A stretch of 64,000 bases of DNA, from NCBI GenBank assembly GCA_018653365.1, contig JABIAG010000001.1, forward strand, positions 352,001 to 416,000, read 5' to 3'. The DNA is from Candidatus Woesearchaeota archaeon. GTDB lineage: Archaea > Nanobdellota > Nanobdellia > Woesearchaeales > JABIAG01. The position numbers and the translations under genes were made by a program. This document shows positions 38,353 to 47,936 of this stretch, piece by piece (the first letter of the stretch is position 1; every line of letters starts with the position of its first letter). A model generated the notes under the pieces. The model was not told the origin of the DNA, made no database searches, and was given only the letters and a program-made list of their open reading frames with translations.

Positions 38353-38762
38353 TTGGTTCTCCTTTCTTTATGATAAATTTCTACTGTTTTTGCATCACCT
38401 GCTTTAAGTTTTCTAACCACATCAATTCCTACTGATGCTCCTGAATCAAGGTTATATACTGGAACGGGGTCATCAGCTCCCATTGGTTGGATGTGCGCAA
38501 ATTTAGCAGTATGAGTAACTCTTCTAACAACATAGTGCATTTCAGGCGGTAGGCTGTGTTCAACTGCAATTATTGCTGGTTCTCTGTTGTCTCTTAATGT
38601 AGGATCTTGACTGGGAGTTGCTAGGTCTCTGATGCTTGTTGTTCTTAACGCAGCTAATTTTTCTTCAGACTCTCGTAAACCTCGAAGTGTTTTTTGTGTT
38701 TCTTCTCTTTCTCTTGCCCAACGTGCTTCTTTTTCTGCAAATGTTTCTGTTAAAGGGTTCAT
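38349..38762 (-). CDS. Hypothetical protein
   Basis: 137-aa ORF coupled to genes on both sides. Confidence 0.65.
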   Translation of the reverse strand: MNPLTETFAEKEARWAREREETQKTLRGLRESEEKLAALRTTSIRDLATPSQDPTLRDNREPAIIAVEHSLPPEMHYVVRRVTHTAKFAHIQPMGADDPVPVYNLDSGASVGIDVVRKLKAGDAKTVEIYHKERRTK

Positions 38763-39059
38763 CTAGTCCTCCATACAAGCGCAAGGTGCAAAACCTTTGT
38801 TTAAAGCATCAATCTTTGAACTAAATGCAATCTTATTCTTTGAAATAATTCGTTTAGCAACAGGGCAGTTTTCAACATGAACTTTTTTACCTTTAATTGT
38901 GGCAATGAGCCGTTTAGCTGATTTTTGCACCTTAATTGAGTTAAGGTAAGAAATAACCTTACGTTGGGTTTCTATTAATTCATTAATTCTCTCATTAATG
39001 TTATTAATGTCCTGTTTCACTCTTGTAAAACTTCTTATGACTTCTGTTTCGTTTACCAT
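38763..39059 (-). CDS. Hypothetical protein with C-terminal Ada-like metal-binding motif
   Basis: N-terminal coiled coil; KKVHVENCPVAKRI...ALNKGFAPCAC. Confidence 0.75.
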   Translation of the reverse strand: MVNETEVIRSFTRVKQDINNINERINELIETQRKVISYLNSIKVQKSAKRLIATIKGKKVHVENCPVAKRIISKNKIAFSSKIDALNKGFAPCACMED

Positions 39060-39163
39060 AATATTAGAAGTCTAGAACTAATATATAAATGTTTTGATTA
39101 TGTTACTACTTCAGAGTAGTTTAAAGCGAAATATTTAAATAGGATTCGCGCTTAAACAGGTCT

Positions 39164-39481
39164 ATGAATAGAATAAAATCAGTAATTGTATCGCTGGGCG
39201 CGTTAGTTTTAACAGGATGTGCTACTTTGGATCATTCAGGTGACACGTTTTTACAAACACCTGAAAGGATGCGAAGATTTGCAGTAAAACATCCAGGGAT
39301 TCACATTCAAAAATTGGAACGAAATGGGGAAGTAGAATTCTATTGGTATGGTAAATACAATGGATTGCATTTCGGTGAAGGATACACAAATCCTGCTTTA
39401 AGAGATGGAAATAGTCGTGATGGTGCTGCAAATGCTGAAAGACTAGGTTATACTGTACAAGATGTGGAGAGTATAGAATAA
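39164..39481 (+). CDS. Putative lipoprotein
   Basis: Signal peptide with lipobox LTGC. Confidence 0.65.
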   Translation: MNRIKSVIVSLGALVLTGCATLDHSGDTFLQTPERMRRFAVKHPGIHIQKLERNGEVEFYWYGKYNGLHFGEGYTNPALRDGNSRDGAANAERLGYTVQDVESIE

Positions 39482-39482
39482 A

Positions 39483-40964
39483 ATGGTTGTAAATTTGCTT
39501 GGAATAGAAAAAAGAGGCATACCTCATGCTAAATTATTAGCTTGTGCTATTTTGGCTTCGGATAAACTGACTCAATCTTCTGATTTGCCAGAGGTTATTA
39601 ATGATTATATTTTGTCAACTGATGAGGTCGCTTTGGGTGAACGCCAGGGGAGTGATCGTGAGGTGGCAATTAGACGGGAAGGACAGATTTTAAATGCAAC
39701 TCTTATTGAACAACATCTACCTAGAACATTTCAAGAGTTTGTTCAAACCTTGGAAGGTATGTTTAAGGAGGGCTATGAAAGCTTTTTACGAAAGCCTCTT
39801 GGTGAGGATGAGGACATGTTATTCTTTGACCCTGAAAACGACACTTCTTATCATGTGCGAGAAACGCGTAAGGAGTTAAAACCTGGTTTTGGATCTGATC
39901 GACTTGTGGCACTAAAATTATTGGTTGAGGGAGAGGGAAAAACAAATTCTTTTGGAATGGTTGCAAAAAGTTGTACTGCACCTGAAATGGCATTACGTGA
40001 ACAATTAATTTATGGTTTGATTCCTGAAATTTCAGAATTGGCTGAGTTGGGAGTTAGACCGATTCCATTTTATGGTAGGTTGGGAAGAGAAGTTTGTATG
40101 GGGTTAGCGCCTGGAGAAAATCTTGAAACAGTATTAAATGACCCTTCTTTGTCTGAAGATTTAAAAGAACAATTAAAACAAAAAGTTCTTTGCGCAACAC
40201 AGCTGATAGAACGAAGAACTAAACAATACTTGGCAAACCAGTTAGTGGATGATGCTCAATTAGGTAATGAAGATGCCCGTCAATTAAAGGACAGACTTGA
40301 ACAAGCAGTTTATGAGTTTGAAATAGCTAAACAAAGTGATTTAATATCTCCTGAAGCACGAGCAATGATTCCTGAGTTGAGTGCGAAGGCTAAAAAAAGA
40401 ATTGCAGAGTTATCTACTGTAAGAATTGGAAAAACAATTCAGCCAGGGGATACATATTTCGAGGAAAAAGCAAGAGGTGGAAGACAGGTATGTAATCTTG
40501 GTGAATCACATAAGGACGCTTTGGTTGAACTTGAAAGAAGGGGATTGTTAAAAACACACCTGGATGATCCAAGATATGCAAATTGGAATTATGATGTGAG
40601 CACGGATACTTTATATCCTATTGATTTTGGGCTAATTGATATTGGGAGTGAGTATAGTCATTTAGGAAGATTGCATGATTTGAGTGGAAATCGAGCAAAA
40701 AGAGAGGAAGTGCTTGCAGGATTAGCGAGCGCTGAAGATGCAAGACTTTCAATTTATTTTGGTGGGTTAAAAGCATTAAGAGATCATGAAGACAGAGGGA
40801 AAAAAGGATTTTATTGGACTCGACTTCCAATTTGTCATGCAGATGTATGTAAGTTGGCCGAAAATAATGCTGTTTGGCATGGTTTAAAACAAGATTTTGA
40901 AAAACATTATGGTGAAGATTTAAGAAGCTTAAAGCAAGATTCCAAGAGCAGGGCTACAGCATAA
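39483..40964 (+). CDS. Protein-kinase-like (APH/phosphotransferase fold) protein
   Basis: VAK (beta3 Lys), RE (alphaC), MGLAPGENL hinge, HLDDPRYAN catalytic loop, IDFG. Confidence 0.6.
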   Translation: MVVNLLGIEKRGIPHAKLLACAILASDKLTQSSDLPEVINDYILSTDEVALGERQGSDREVAIRREGQILNATLIEQHLPRTFQEFVQTLEGMFKEGYESFLRKPLGEDEDMLFFDPENDTSYHVRETRKELKPGFGSDRLVALKLLVEGEGKTNSFGMVAKSCTAPEMALREQLIYGLIPEISELAELGVRPIPFYGRLGREVCMGLAPGENLETVLNDPSLSEDLKEQLKQKVLCATQLIERRTKQYLANQLVDDAQLGNEDARQLKDRLEQAVYEFEIAKQSDLISPEARAMIPELSAKAKKRIAELSTVRIGKTIQPGDTYFEEKARGGRQVCNLGESHKDALVELERRGLLKTHLDDPRYANWNYDVSTDTLYPIDFGLIDIGSEYSHLGRLHDLSGNRAKREEVLAGLASAEDARLSIYFGGLKALRDHEDRGKKGFYWTRLPICHADVCKLAENNAVWHGLKQDFEKHYGEDLRSLKQDSKSRATA

Positions 40965-41768
40965 GTTAATTAATCTTGCAATTTCTAATAAATGATTGGC
41001 AGAGACTAAATTTCCTTTAAGATATTTTTCGGGGGAATGGAAAATCTTTTTTGTAATTTCAAAAACTTGATTTATTTTTTCTAAGTCTTTTTCAAAAAAT
41101 CCTTCATGTAAGTTTTTAAAAGCTTCAATAATTTTGTTAAGTAATTCTTTGTTAAGATTTTTTTTGTTTGGTGTAAGGTAGTATATTCTTCTATGAACCC
41201 AGGCAACAGTAGAAATGAAACTCCAGTAAAAGTGCGTTTTTTCTTTTTCAATGGATTTTTTGGAAATACTTCGTCTACAAAAGTTATCGATCATAACCAC
41301 TTCAACAGATGAGTTTTCAATGTTATTGGTTTTGGTTTTAAGATCGGCTAAATCAGTAACAATGATGAAGAACATTCTTCTTAATAGGGTATCAAACTTA
41401 TCAGAATTTGGTTCAGTAAGGTTTTCTAAGAGAATGTGAGGTGATGTTTTAGTTATTTGCCAACCTAGTAGTTTTGGGAGAGCAGTTTCAATGGCTTTTA
41501 ATGCATCTTTGTTTTGAGTGTTTATTTTTAAAACATCATATCCTGTTCTATATGCATTGTTTAAAATGTAACGGATAAAGTGATTATTGTGATTATCTAG
41601 GGTTATTTCTCCTTCTTTTTTTTGTGTTGAATTGGTTTTTATTGTTAAAGAATTTTTTTCTTCAATTACATCAATTTCTTCTTTTTTTTCAATGCCATGT
41701 TCTTGAACCCATTTTTTGGGGAGTGTGATGGTGTATGAATTTTTTTGTTTTATGATTTTACGTTTCAT
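40929..41768 (-). CDS. AbrB/MazE-domain, PhoU-like transcriptional regulator
   Basis: MKRKIIKQ..SYTITLPKKWV, AYRTGYD, LLRRMF, DNFCRR. Confidence 0.85.
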   Translation of the reverse strand: MKRKIIKQKNSYTITLPKKWVQEHGIEKKEEIDVIEEKNSLTIKTNSTQKKEGEITLDNHNNHFIRYILNNAYRTGYDVLKINTQNKDALKAIETALPKLLGWQITKTSPHILLENLTEPNSDKFDTLLRRMFFIIVTDLADLKTKTNNIENSSVEVVMIDNFCRRSISKKSIEKEKTHFYWSFISTVAWVHRRIYYLTPNKKNLNKELLNKIIEAFKNLHEGFFEKDLEKINQVFEITKKIFHSPEKYLKGNLVSANHLLEIARLINLCCSPALGILL

Positions 41769-41898
41769 GAATTTGGTTAAGTGGTCGGGGTATATAAATC
41801 TTTCTAAAATATACGAAACATACGCTTACTATGGGAAACGTACATAACGTAGATATGTGTTCCCTTACTAGTGATAAAAACATCACGGAGAAACAAAA

Positions 41899-42273
41899 AT
41901 GCAGTTTAATAATGATGTTCCAAGGAGTATGGAAAATTCCGTACAACAAACACTTGATGCTATGGCAAAGGATGGATTTATTTCATTAGTTAACCCAGAA
42001 ACTGGATTTAAACACATAGTACAATGTCCTACACAACCTGTAATGCTGTTTAATCCTAACCTAGCAGAACCTTATGAACAAAAAGGAATGCTTACTGCAA
42101 GAATTTACGATCCGGAAATAAAACAGCTTCGACTTGCAACAAATAAAGGAGAAAGAGTACGAATCCAAATTGTTGGAGAACGAGTTCGTGGACAGGCATG
42201 GATCAATAAAAAACTAACTGAGGATTGGGAATTGCCTTATCATATTGAAGGTTGTAATGGGGGGCAAGAATGA
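41899..42273 (+). CDS. Hypothetical protein (module A; paralog of the N-terminal half of 44005)
   Basis: GGAG SD; clear similarity to the 44005 product. Confidence 0.8.
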   Translation: MQFNNDVPRSMENSVQQTLDAMAKDGFISLVNPETGFKHIVQCPTQPVMLFNPNLAEPYEQKGMLTARIYDPEIKQLRLATNKGERVRIQIVGERVRGQAWINKKLTEDWELPYHIEGCNGGQE

Positions 42274-42560
42274 ATACTTTTACAAAATATTTGCCCAACC
42301 CTGGATGTTCTTTAGAAACTGGAGTGGCAGTATTGGATGTTAAAACTGGAACTTATGTTGCAACTTATACACAAGATCCGGGAGTGCACCCACAAATGAT
42401 TGTACCTGTTGTTGTAAGAGCACCAACTAATGATGTCAACAGAGTTTGTTTAAGACAAACTCAAAAAAACGAATCCTATGCGGTTACGCAACGACTTTTG
42501 AGTTTAGATGATCAGATTAGAGAAATAGAAATTAAAAGACAAGAAAGGATGAAAAAATGA
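42270..42560 (+). CDS. Hypothetical protein (module B; paralog of 45020)
   Basis: ATGA coupling; similarity to the 45020 product. Confidence 0.8.
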   Translation: MNTFTKYLPNPGCSLETGVAVLDVKTGTYVATYTQDPGVHPQMIVPVVVRAPTNDVNRVCLRQTQKNESYAVTQRLLSLDDQIREIEIKRQERMKK

Positions 42561-43462
42561 ATCAAACATATACTTTAAATCGAAAAAAAATTGAAGGTGC
42601 TCTGGAAAGCGTGTTAGATAGTTGTAGGACTGTGGGAGCGTATAGAGCAGTTGAATCACTTAATAACGTGTCTGATGAATTGGATCTGGCAGATTTAGTT
42701 TTGGAGCGAGATCCAATCGTTGAAAGACTTATGTCTGCACAACTGGATGTACAAGAAGCAGAATGGAAAGAGACCAATCAAGAATTAGCAAAAGCATTAG
42801 ATGGCGATGAACACGCACAAAAAATCTATTTGGCTGAACATTTTTTTAATGCTATACAATTACAGGCCCTGGGTGGAAAAAGAGATATTTGTTTCTCACT
42901 TCTTGATGGACTTGAACAAACGTTATCTATTGATGAAACTGAAGTTTGTGCTAAAGCTTATGCAATTCGAGGAAAAGTAGCATATGAACGAGCTGAATTA
43001 TTAATGTTGTCCGAAGAATCAGATTTGTTAACTACCGAAGCGATCAAAAAACATTACAAATCAGCAATAAGTAATTTTTCAAGAGCAATTAAGAATAGTT
43101 ATGATATCATAATCCCTGAACGAGCACAGACTCTTCACGAGTTAGCAATACTGGTTGGATTGAATACAGTTTCAGGAAAAGCAATAGCAAAGCTTGCAGT
43201 AGCAGATTATCAAAAAGCCTTTACAAAAGGTTATGTTGATGAAACCTTAATATTTCAATTGGATGATATAGCAAAAATCTGCTCATTAGAAGGAAATAAC
43301 TCTTTTGTGATACAATTGGGAGATAATTTACTTGAACAAGCAGAAGATTCTCGTTTAAAACAGATTGGATATCGTGCACTTTCTCAACATTGTAGGCGAA
43401 CGGGAGACTTGGAACTAAATCGATGGTATGATCAACAACTACAGGGGGTAGAAAATGTTTAA
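42557..43462 (+). CDS. Hypothetical alpha-helical (TPR-like) protein
   Basis: ATGA coupling; AYAIRG, AISNFSRAI, AVADYQKA TPR-like patterns. Confidence 0.7.
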   Translation: MNQTYTLNRKKIEGALESVLDSCRTVGAYRAVESLNNVSDELDLADLVLERDPIVERLMSAQLDVQEAEWKETNQELAKALDGDEHAQKIYLAEHFFNAIQLQALGGKRDICFSLLDGLEQTLSIDETEVCAKAYAIRGKVAYERAELLMLSEESDLLTTEAIKKHYKSAISNFSRAIKNSYDIIIPERAQTLHELAILVGLNTVSGKAIAKLAVADYQKAFTKGYVDETLIFQLDDIAKICSLEGNNSFVIQLGDNLLEQAEDSRLKQIGYRALSQHCRRTGDLELNRWYDQQLQGVENV

Positions 43463-44015
43463 TAATCACGATTCACAAGAATTATTCATCCCAAAAGATG
43501 CAATTCTTGATGAGGTAATCAAACAAGATACCCGAGAATTGGAACAAATTGGCGGATCCTTTGAAGCAATAGCCGATAGGATGGATCAGTTGATTGAAAC
43601 TGCAGAGGGGATTATTTCTCAAACGCCCAGGGGACAAAAGTGTTGTGCAGATGTAGAACCAAACCTGAGATTCAGAGGATATGTATCCACAAGAGGACTT
43701 CAATTCTGTCCTTTTTCAGATTGTAGAAAATCTGCAACTGAAAGTCGAGAATATCAGTTTATGGCAAGGGCTTCAGGAAAGAGTTTAACAATTAATAGAA
43801 TAACTAGTCATTTAGCAAGACATCATTCTCTATTAGAAAAAGGTAACCAATATGGTATTGGGGCAAGAGAATTCTATGAACATTTCATGCCCGAAGGGTG
43901 TGTAAACGTGCTAATGGGACCTGCTTCTCCAGAAGTTAATGCTGTAAAACACTCACCCTTTGCTCTGCTTATGAGACAAAGAGGAAAATATTCAAGAGGA
44001 AAAAATGAAAGATGA
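43455..44015 (+). CDS. Hypothetical protein with putative Cys/His metal site
   Basis: RGLQFCPFSDC ... HLARHH; overlaps both neighbours. Confidence 0.75.
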   Translation: MFNNHDSQELFIPKDAILDEVIKQDTRELEQIGGSFEAIADRMDQLIETAEGIISQTPRGQKCCADVEPNLRFRGYVSTRGLQFCPFSDCRKSATESREYQFMARASGKSLTINRITSHLARHHSLLEKGNQYGIGAREFYEHFMPEGCVNVLMGPASPEVNAVKHSPFALLMRQRGKYSRGKNER

Positions 44016-44841
44016 AAAAGAAAAAAGAATAATTGATCAGTTTGGATTAGGTAATGCAAAACGATTTGATTTGTTGTCTTTGAATTTTAGACAGCGCGAA
44101 CATACAAACCATAGAGAAGAACAAACAATAAGGGATATGGAAGCAGATGGCTTTTTATCATTGCTTCATCCTGCAACAGGTATGCAACATCTTGTACAAT
44201 ACCCTACTATTCCTGCATTAGTGTTTAATCCTGATTTTGCACCTCCTGAAGGTAAAACTGGTTATTTAACAAGAAGAACTTATGATGCGAAAACTAAAAC
44301 TTTGTTTTTAGAAACTAGCAAAGGAGAAGAAGCAAGATTACAAATAGCAAATGATAGAGTATTTGGAACTGTATGGCAAAACTCTGATGGATCAAGACAA
44401 ACAACAGAACTGTTTGATCTGCCTTATGAGCCAGATGCAAGACGAAGAAAGTTTCTTGAAGAGCACAATTCTGGAATTCGCGATGCATTGAATCAGTTAA
44501 ATGTTGAGAGTGCATGTCTTATATATGATGGAAGAAATTTAAGTGTTATTCTAGAAAGCGAAACTCAAGGGAATCACGTAGTGCATAATATGCCCCTGTC
44601 CTTTCCAACTGGAACTCGAATGGAATTGGTAGATTCAGGAATGACCACTTATATGTTATTGACTGGAAAAGATTTCGTAGATGTTCATGATGTACAAAAA
44701 CGAACCGCTAATTCCGCAATTATAGCATTAAATCCTGAACAGTTAGTTCAAAGAAAAATAATGTATTCTGCAATTGTTCGCGAACCATTTACAATAGTAG
44801 ATTTACAAACAACCATAAATTACATGGGGGGTGAAAAATGA
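44005..44841 (+). CDS. Hypothetical protein (module A' plus extra C-terminal domain)
   Basis: Paralog of the 41899 product. Confidence 0.8.
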   Translation: MKDEKEKRIIDQFGLGNAKRFDLLSLNFRQREHTNHREEQTIRDMEADGFLSLLHPATGMQHLVQYPTIPALVFNPDFAPPEGKTGYLTRRTYDAKTKTLFLETSKGEEARLQIANDRVFGTVWQNSDGSRQTTELFDLPYEPDARRRKFLEEHNSGIRDALNQLNVESACLIYDGRNLSVILESETQGNHVVHNMPLSFPTGTRMELVDSGMTTYMLLTGKDFVDVHDVQKRTANSAIIALNPEQLVQRKIMYSAIVREPFTIVDLQTTINYMGGEK

Positions 44842-45023
44842 ATGAAAATTATCAAACAAGAATAAAAAAACTTCCAAGTATTTTTGGAACTTTGACTGCA
44901 GTAGGAGTTGGAGCGGGACATTATGCAATGACACGAAATGCAGGAGAAGCAGTACTTTGCGCAACTGCAGTAAAAGTATTAGCAAGTTCACTAGATCATC
45001 TAGTTAAAGAGGTATTAAAATGA
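44838..45023 (+). CDS. Small hydrophobic hypothetical protein
   Basis: GGGGGTGA SD, ATGA coupling at both ends, Gly/Ala-rich hydrophobic segments. Confidence 0.7.
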   Translation: MNENYQTRIKKLPSIFGTLTAVGVGAGHYAMTRNAGEAVLCATAVKVLASSLDHLVKEVLK

Positions 45024-45373
45024 ATCGATTTAGAATTTCCTTACCTCATTACAATTGTCAGTTACGATCTGACTATGCTGTGTGGGATGAAAAGGAAAAA
45101 AGGTATGTAGCACAATATATAGAAAAACCAGGATTTCATGGAAGTGTGTGTAAACCAGTAACAGTTATTGCAAATACAACTCGGGCTGACTTGGTAGTTG
45201 CAAGAAAATGTCCTGAAAAGCAAATGACTGTTCAAGAACGAGCAATGGTCCAAGGACTAGAAGCAAAGTTCCAAGCACAACAACCTGACTCATTAGTTGC
45301 AGGTTATATGAAAAAATGGGCAAAAAGAAATGCAAGACCAACAACAGACTCAGAGTCTGATTTGCATTTATGA
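45020..45373 (+). CDS. Hypothetical protein (module B')
   Basis: GAGGT SD; paralog of the 42270 product. Confidence 0.8.
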   Translation: MNRFRISLPHYNCQLRSDYAVWDEKEKRYVAQYIEKPGFHGSVCKPVTVIANTTRADLVVARKCPEKQMTVQERAMVQGLEAKFQAQQPDSLVAGYMKKWAKRNARPTTDSESDLHL

Positions 45374-45380
45374 GGTAAAA

Positions 45381-45956
45381 ATGAATTTAGGACCAAAAAC
45401 ACAAGAACAAGCAAAAGAATTAGGACTTACAGAAACACATCTAGAAGATGTGCAACATTTTTGTATTGAATACGGAACATCTCCTCATGCAGTTGTAAAC
45501 TTCATGTATGAAACAAGATGTTCTGTAGAAGATATTGGGGGGTTGTTAGCAACGCGAGAAGGATTAAAAACAAGTTTTGCAGTTGCAGACCCTCTGGTTG
45601 GGAAAAAATTACAAGCAGTCATTCGTCCAGGGGTTTCATTAAAAGGCCTTTGGGGATATCATCAAGCAACATCAGGGAATGAACCTGTAGATTCAGAAGA
45701 ACTGCTTGAGGAGTTATGTGAAGCACATCATAGGCTGCGCAATACATATCTTTGTCAGAGCATAGCACAAGCAACCCAACTTGCTGAAGTTAAAGGACAA
45801 CAAGCATATAAACTTTGGTTAAGGGGAACAGATGAAATAAGTTATGACCAAGACGATGTCTGGGACAAAGAATACTGCCGGTTTAAAAACGATGAGGCAC
45901 TGGAAGCAGCAAGAAAAGAACGAAGTGAAAAAGGTTATGCAAGACGTAAATGTTAA
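45381..45956 (+). CDS. Hypothetical protein
   Basis: GAGGT SD before ATG 45381; last gene of the operon. Confidence 0.75.
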   Translation: MNLGPKTQEQAKELGLTETHLEDVQHFCIEYGTSPHAVVNFMYETRCSVEDIGGLLATREGLKTSFAVADPLVGKKLQAVIRPGVSLKGLWGYHQATSGNEPVDSEELLEELCEAHHRLRNTYLCQSIAQATQLAEVKGQQAYKLWLRGTDEISYDQDDVWDKEYCRFKNDEALEAARKERSEKGYARRKC

Positions 45957-46064
45957 ACTTGAAACAATTTCTTTTTCTGAAGTCGATAAGCAACTCAAAA
46001 GAATCTGAGTAAGTCATTGTTTGTGTTTGGAAAAGTATATAAATAATAACTGGAGTTGTTAAGA

Positions 46065-47207
46065 ATGCATTTAAGAACTGTTGGAACTTATGAAGTTAAG
46101 GGACAAAGACTTACGGTTGAAAGTCTTAAGTTCAAAGTATTATTTGAAGAAACGAAGCAAGAACTAAGGGGTTTGGGATTAGACGTTGCTGATTATTTTC
46201 AATCTGCTGAAAACCTTCAAGAGTTAGTAACATTATTGGTTCAAGACCCATTTAGTAAAAATATTAAACCAGATTTAAGACATCTCATTCCCGAATTAAC
46301 TGTTAGGTTAATAAACAAAGGAACGCTAACAAAATCATTTAAAGCAAAAAGATTTGTATTAGCAAAAGTAAAAACAGAAGACATTCTTGATTTAAATTTT
46401 AGAATTTATTTGAATGTGGACGAAATCATGCTTTATGCATCAGTAAAGGGTTCGGCTGGTTTATTGGGGCAGTTGGTTACTACCATAAACCACGAACTAA
46501 CGCATTTAATTAATGGAGTTCAAAATCAGTTTGGTAAAAAGGTCGAAAAAAGATTGAATAAGCTTGAGAAAGCTTCAAAAAGAACAAATATTGCGTTTTT
46601 TAAAACTCATTTAATGGATGATGATTTTGAAACCAGCATGCCTTTTGTTACTTTGACAAACCAATTTTATATTTCATTTAGACAAGTATTGATCGGTTTT
46701 CAAATGCTTGTTTTTGAGGAAGGATTAGCAAGATTTAATGAAAAGTTTTCACAAGATTTACAAGCAAGAAGTGCAGGATTGTATTACAAAAGAGCTGTTA
46801 CCCAAGCTAAAATAGTGATAAAAAGATCAAATTTGGTTTTAAACTTACTTAGTTTAACTTCAAAAAGTAATGAAACTAAACGTGTTGAAATTGCAAAATC
46901 ATATCTTGCACAATTTGAAAAAGAAATAAATTCAACTAGTTACGCAATAGGTTTTTATATTTACTTACGAATATTTGCTAATCAGTTACAAACACGAGAA
47001 GCAATAGATTTAGTTGAATTGTTAAAAATTAAAAATCCCGTACACTTAATTAGGTTATATGAACAAGTTGAAACAGAAAAAAAAGTGATTAGTTTAAAAG
47101 ATAAAAGCGCTATAATTTGTTTCAGAGACCTGGTGGGAAGGGCCAATCAGGAAAGAAAAAGGTTAATTAAATTAGCTGAAGAAGAAAACTGGGATGTAGC
47201 AGCCTAA
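46065..47207 (+). CDS. Hypothetical protein with zincin HExxH motif
   Basis: INHELTH plus downstream FEEGLA; TATA upstream. Confidence 0.6.
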   Translation: MHLRTVGTYEVKGQRLTVESLKFKVLFEETKQELRGLGLDVADYFQSAENLQELVTLLVQDPFSKNIKPDLRHLIPELTVRLINKGTLTKSFKAKRFVLAKVKTEDILDLNFRIYLNVDEIMLYASVKGSAGLLGQLVTTINHELTHLINGVQNQFGKKVEKRLNKLEKASKRTNIAFFKTHLMDDDFETSMPFVTLTNQFYISFRQVLIGFQMLVFEEGLARFNEKFSQDLQARSAGLYYKRAVTQAKIVIKRSNLVLNLLSLTSKSNETKRVEIAKSYLAQFEKEINSTSYAIGFYIYLRIFANQLQTREAIDLVELLKIKNPVHLIRLYEQVETEKKVISLKDKSAIICFRDLVGRANQERKRLIKLAEEENWDVAA

Positions 47208-47258
47208 AGAATTTTTGCGAAACCTTTATAAATAATTCATCAGTTTAAGCTTATATTA

Positions 47259-47285
47259 CCCAATATCACTACTTCGGTAGGAGGG
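47259..47285 (+). promoter_or_regulatory. Candidate uL1-binding translational operator in the rpl1 5' UTR
   Basis: CCC-AATATCA-CTAC-TTCG-GTAG-GA-GGG: two stems, asymmetric loop, cUUCGg tetraloop, overlapping the SD. Confidence 0.55.
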
Positions 47286-47288
47286 AAA

Positions 47289-47936
47289 ATGAACAATAAA
47301 GACGTAATAACTGCATTAAAAAAAGCACGTGAAGGTGCAAAGAAAAGAAAATTCTCTCAAACAATTGAGTTAATAATTAACTTTAGAGGACTAAATCTAA
47401 AAAATCCAGAACAACAATTAGATTTCTATATGCCAATAAAACATCCTTGGAAAGAACTTAAAGTATGTGGAATTGTTGGTGGAGAATTACTAGAAGAATC
47501 AAAAAAATCATTAGACACAACCGTATTTTCTGATGAACTTGGAAGTTATTCTGATAAGAAGAAAATAAAGAAATTAGCAAAAGCACATGATTACTTTGTC
47601 GCACAAGCAGATCTTATGCCACAAGTGGCAACAACCTTTGGAAGAGTATTTGGACCAATAGGAAAAATGCCAAATCCAAAAGCAGGATGTGTAGTACCAC
47701 CTAATGCAAATTTAGAAGCACTAAAACAAAAATTAAACAAAACAATTAATGTTTCTGTAAAAACCGTACCACTTTTACAATTAGGAATGGGAAAAGAAGA
47801 AAGTAAAGACGAAGATATGGCAGAAGACATAATGTCAATATATGATCAAGTTATACACCACTTACCTGGTGAAAAACAAAACATAAAATCAGTTTACGTG
47901 AAATTAACTATGGGAAAACCAGAGAGGATAGAATGA
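47289..47936 (+). CDS. rpl1: 50S ribosomal protein L1
   Basis: KKRKFSQTIELIIN, FVAQADLMP, GRVFGPIGKMPNPK, YVKLTMG. Confidence 0.97.
   Translation: MNNKDVITALKKAREGAKKRKFSQTIELIINFRGLNLKNPEQQLDFYMPIKHPWKELKVCGIVGGELLEESKKSLDTTVFSDELGSYSDKKKIKKLAKAHDYFVAQADLMPQVATTFGRVFGPIGKMPNPKAGCVVPPNANLEALKQKLNKTINVSVKTVPLLQLGMGKEESKDEDMAEDIMSIYDQVIHHLPGEKQNIKSVYVKLTMGKPERIE

Noticed and set aside
41899-45956. Provirus or integrated plasmid call
   Set aside because: No integrase, terminase, capsid, replication gene or att repeats recognised
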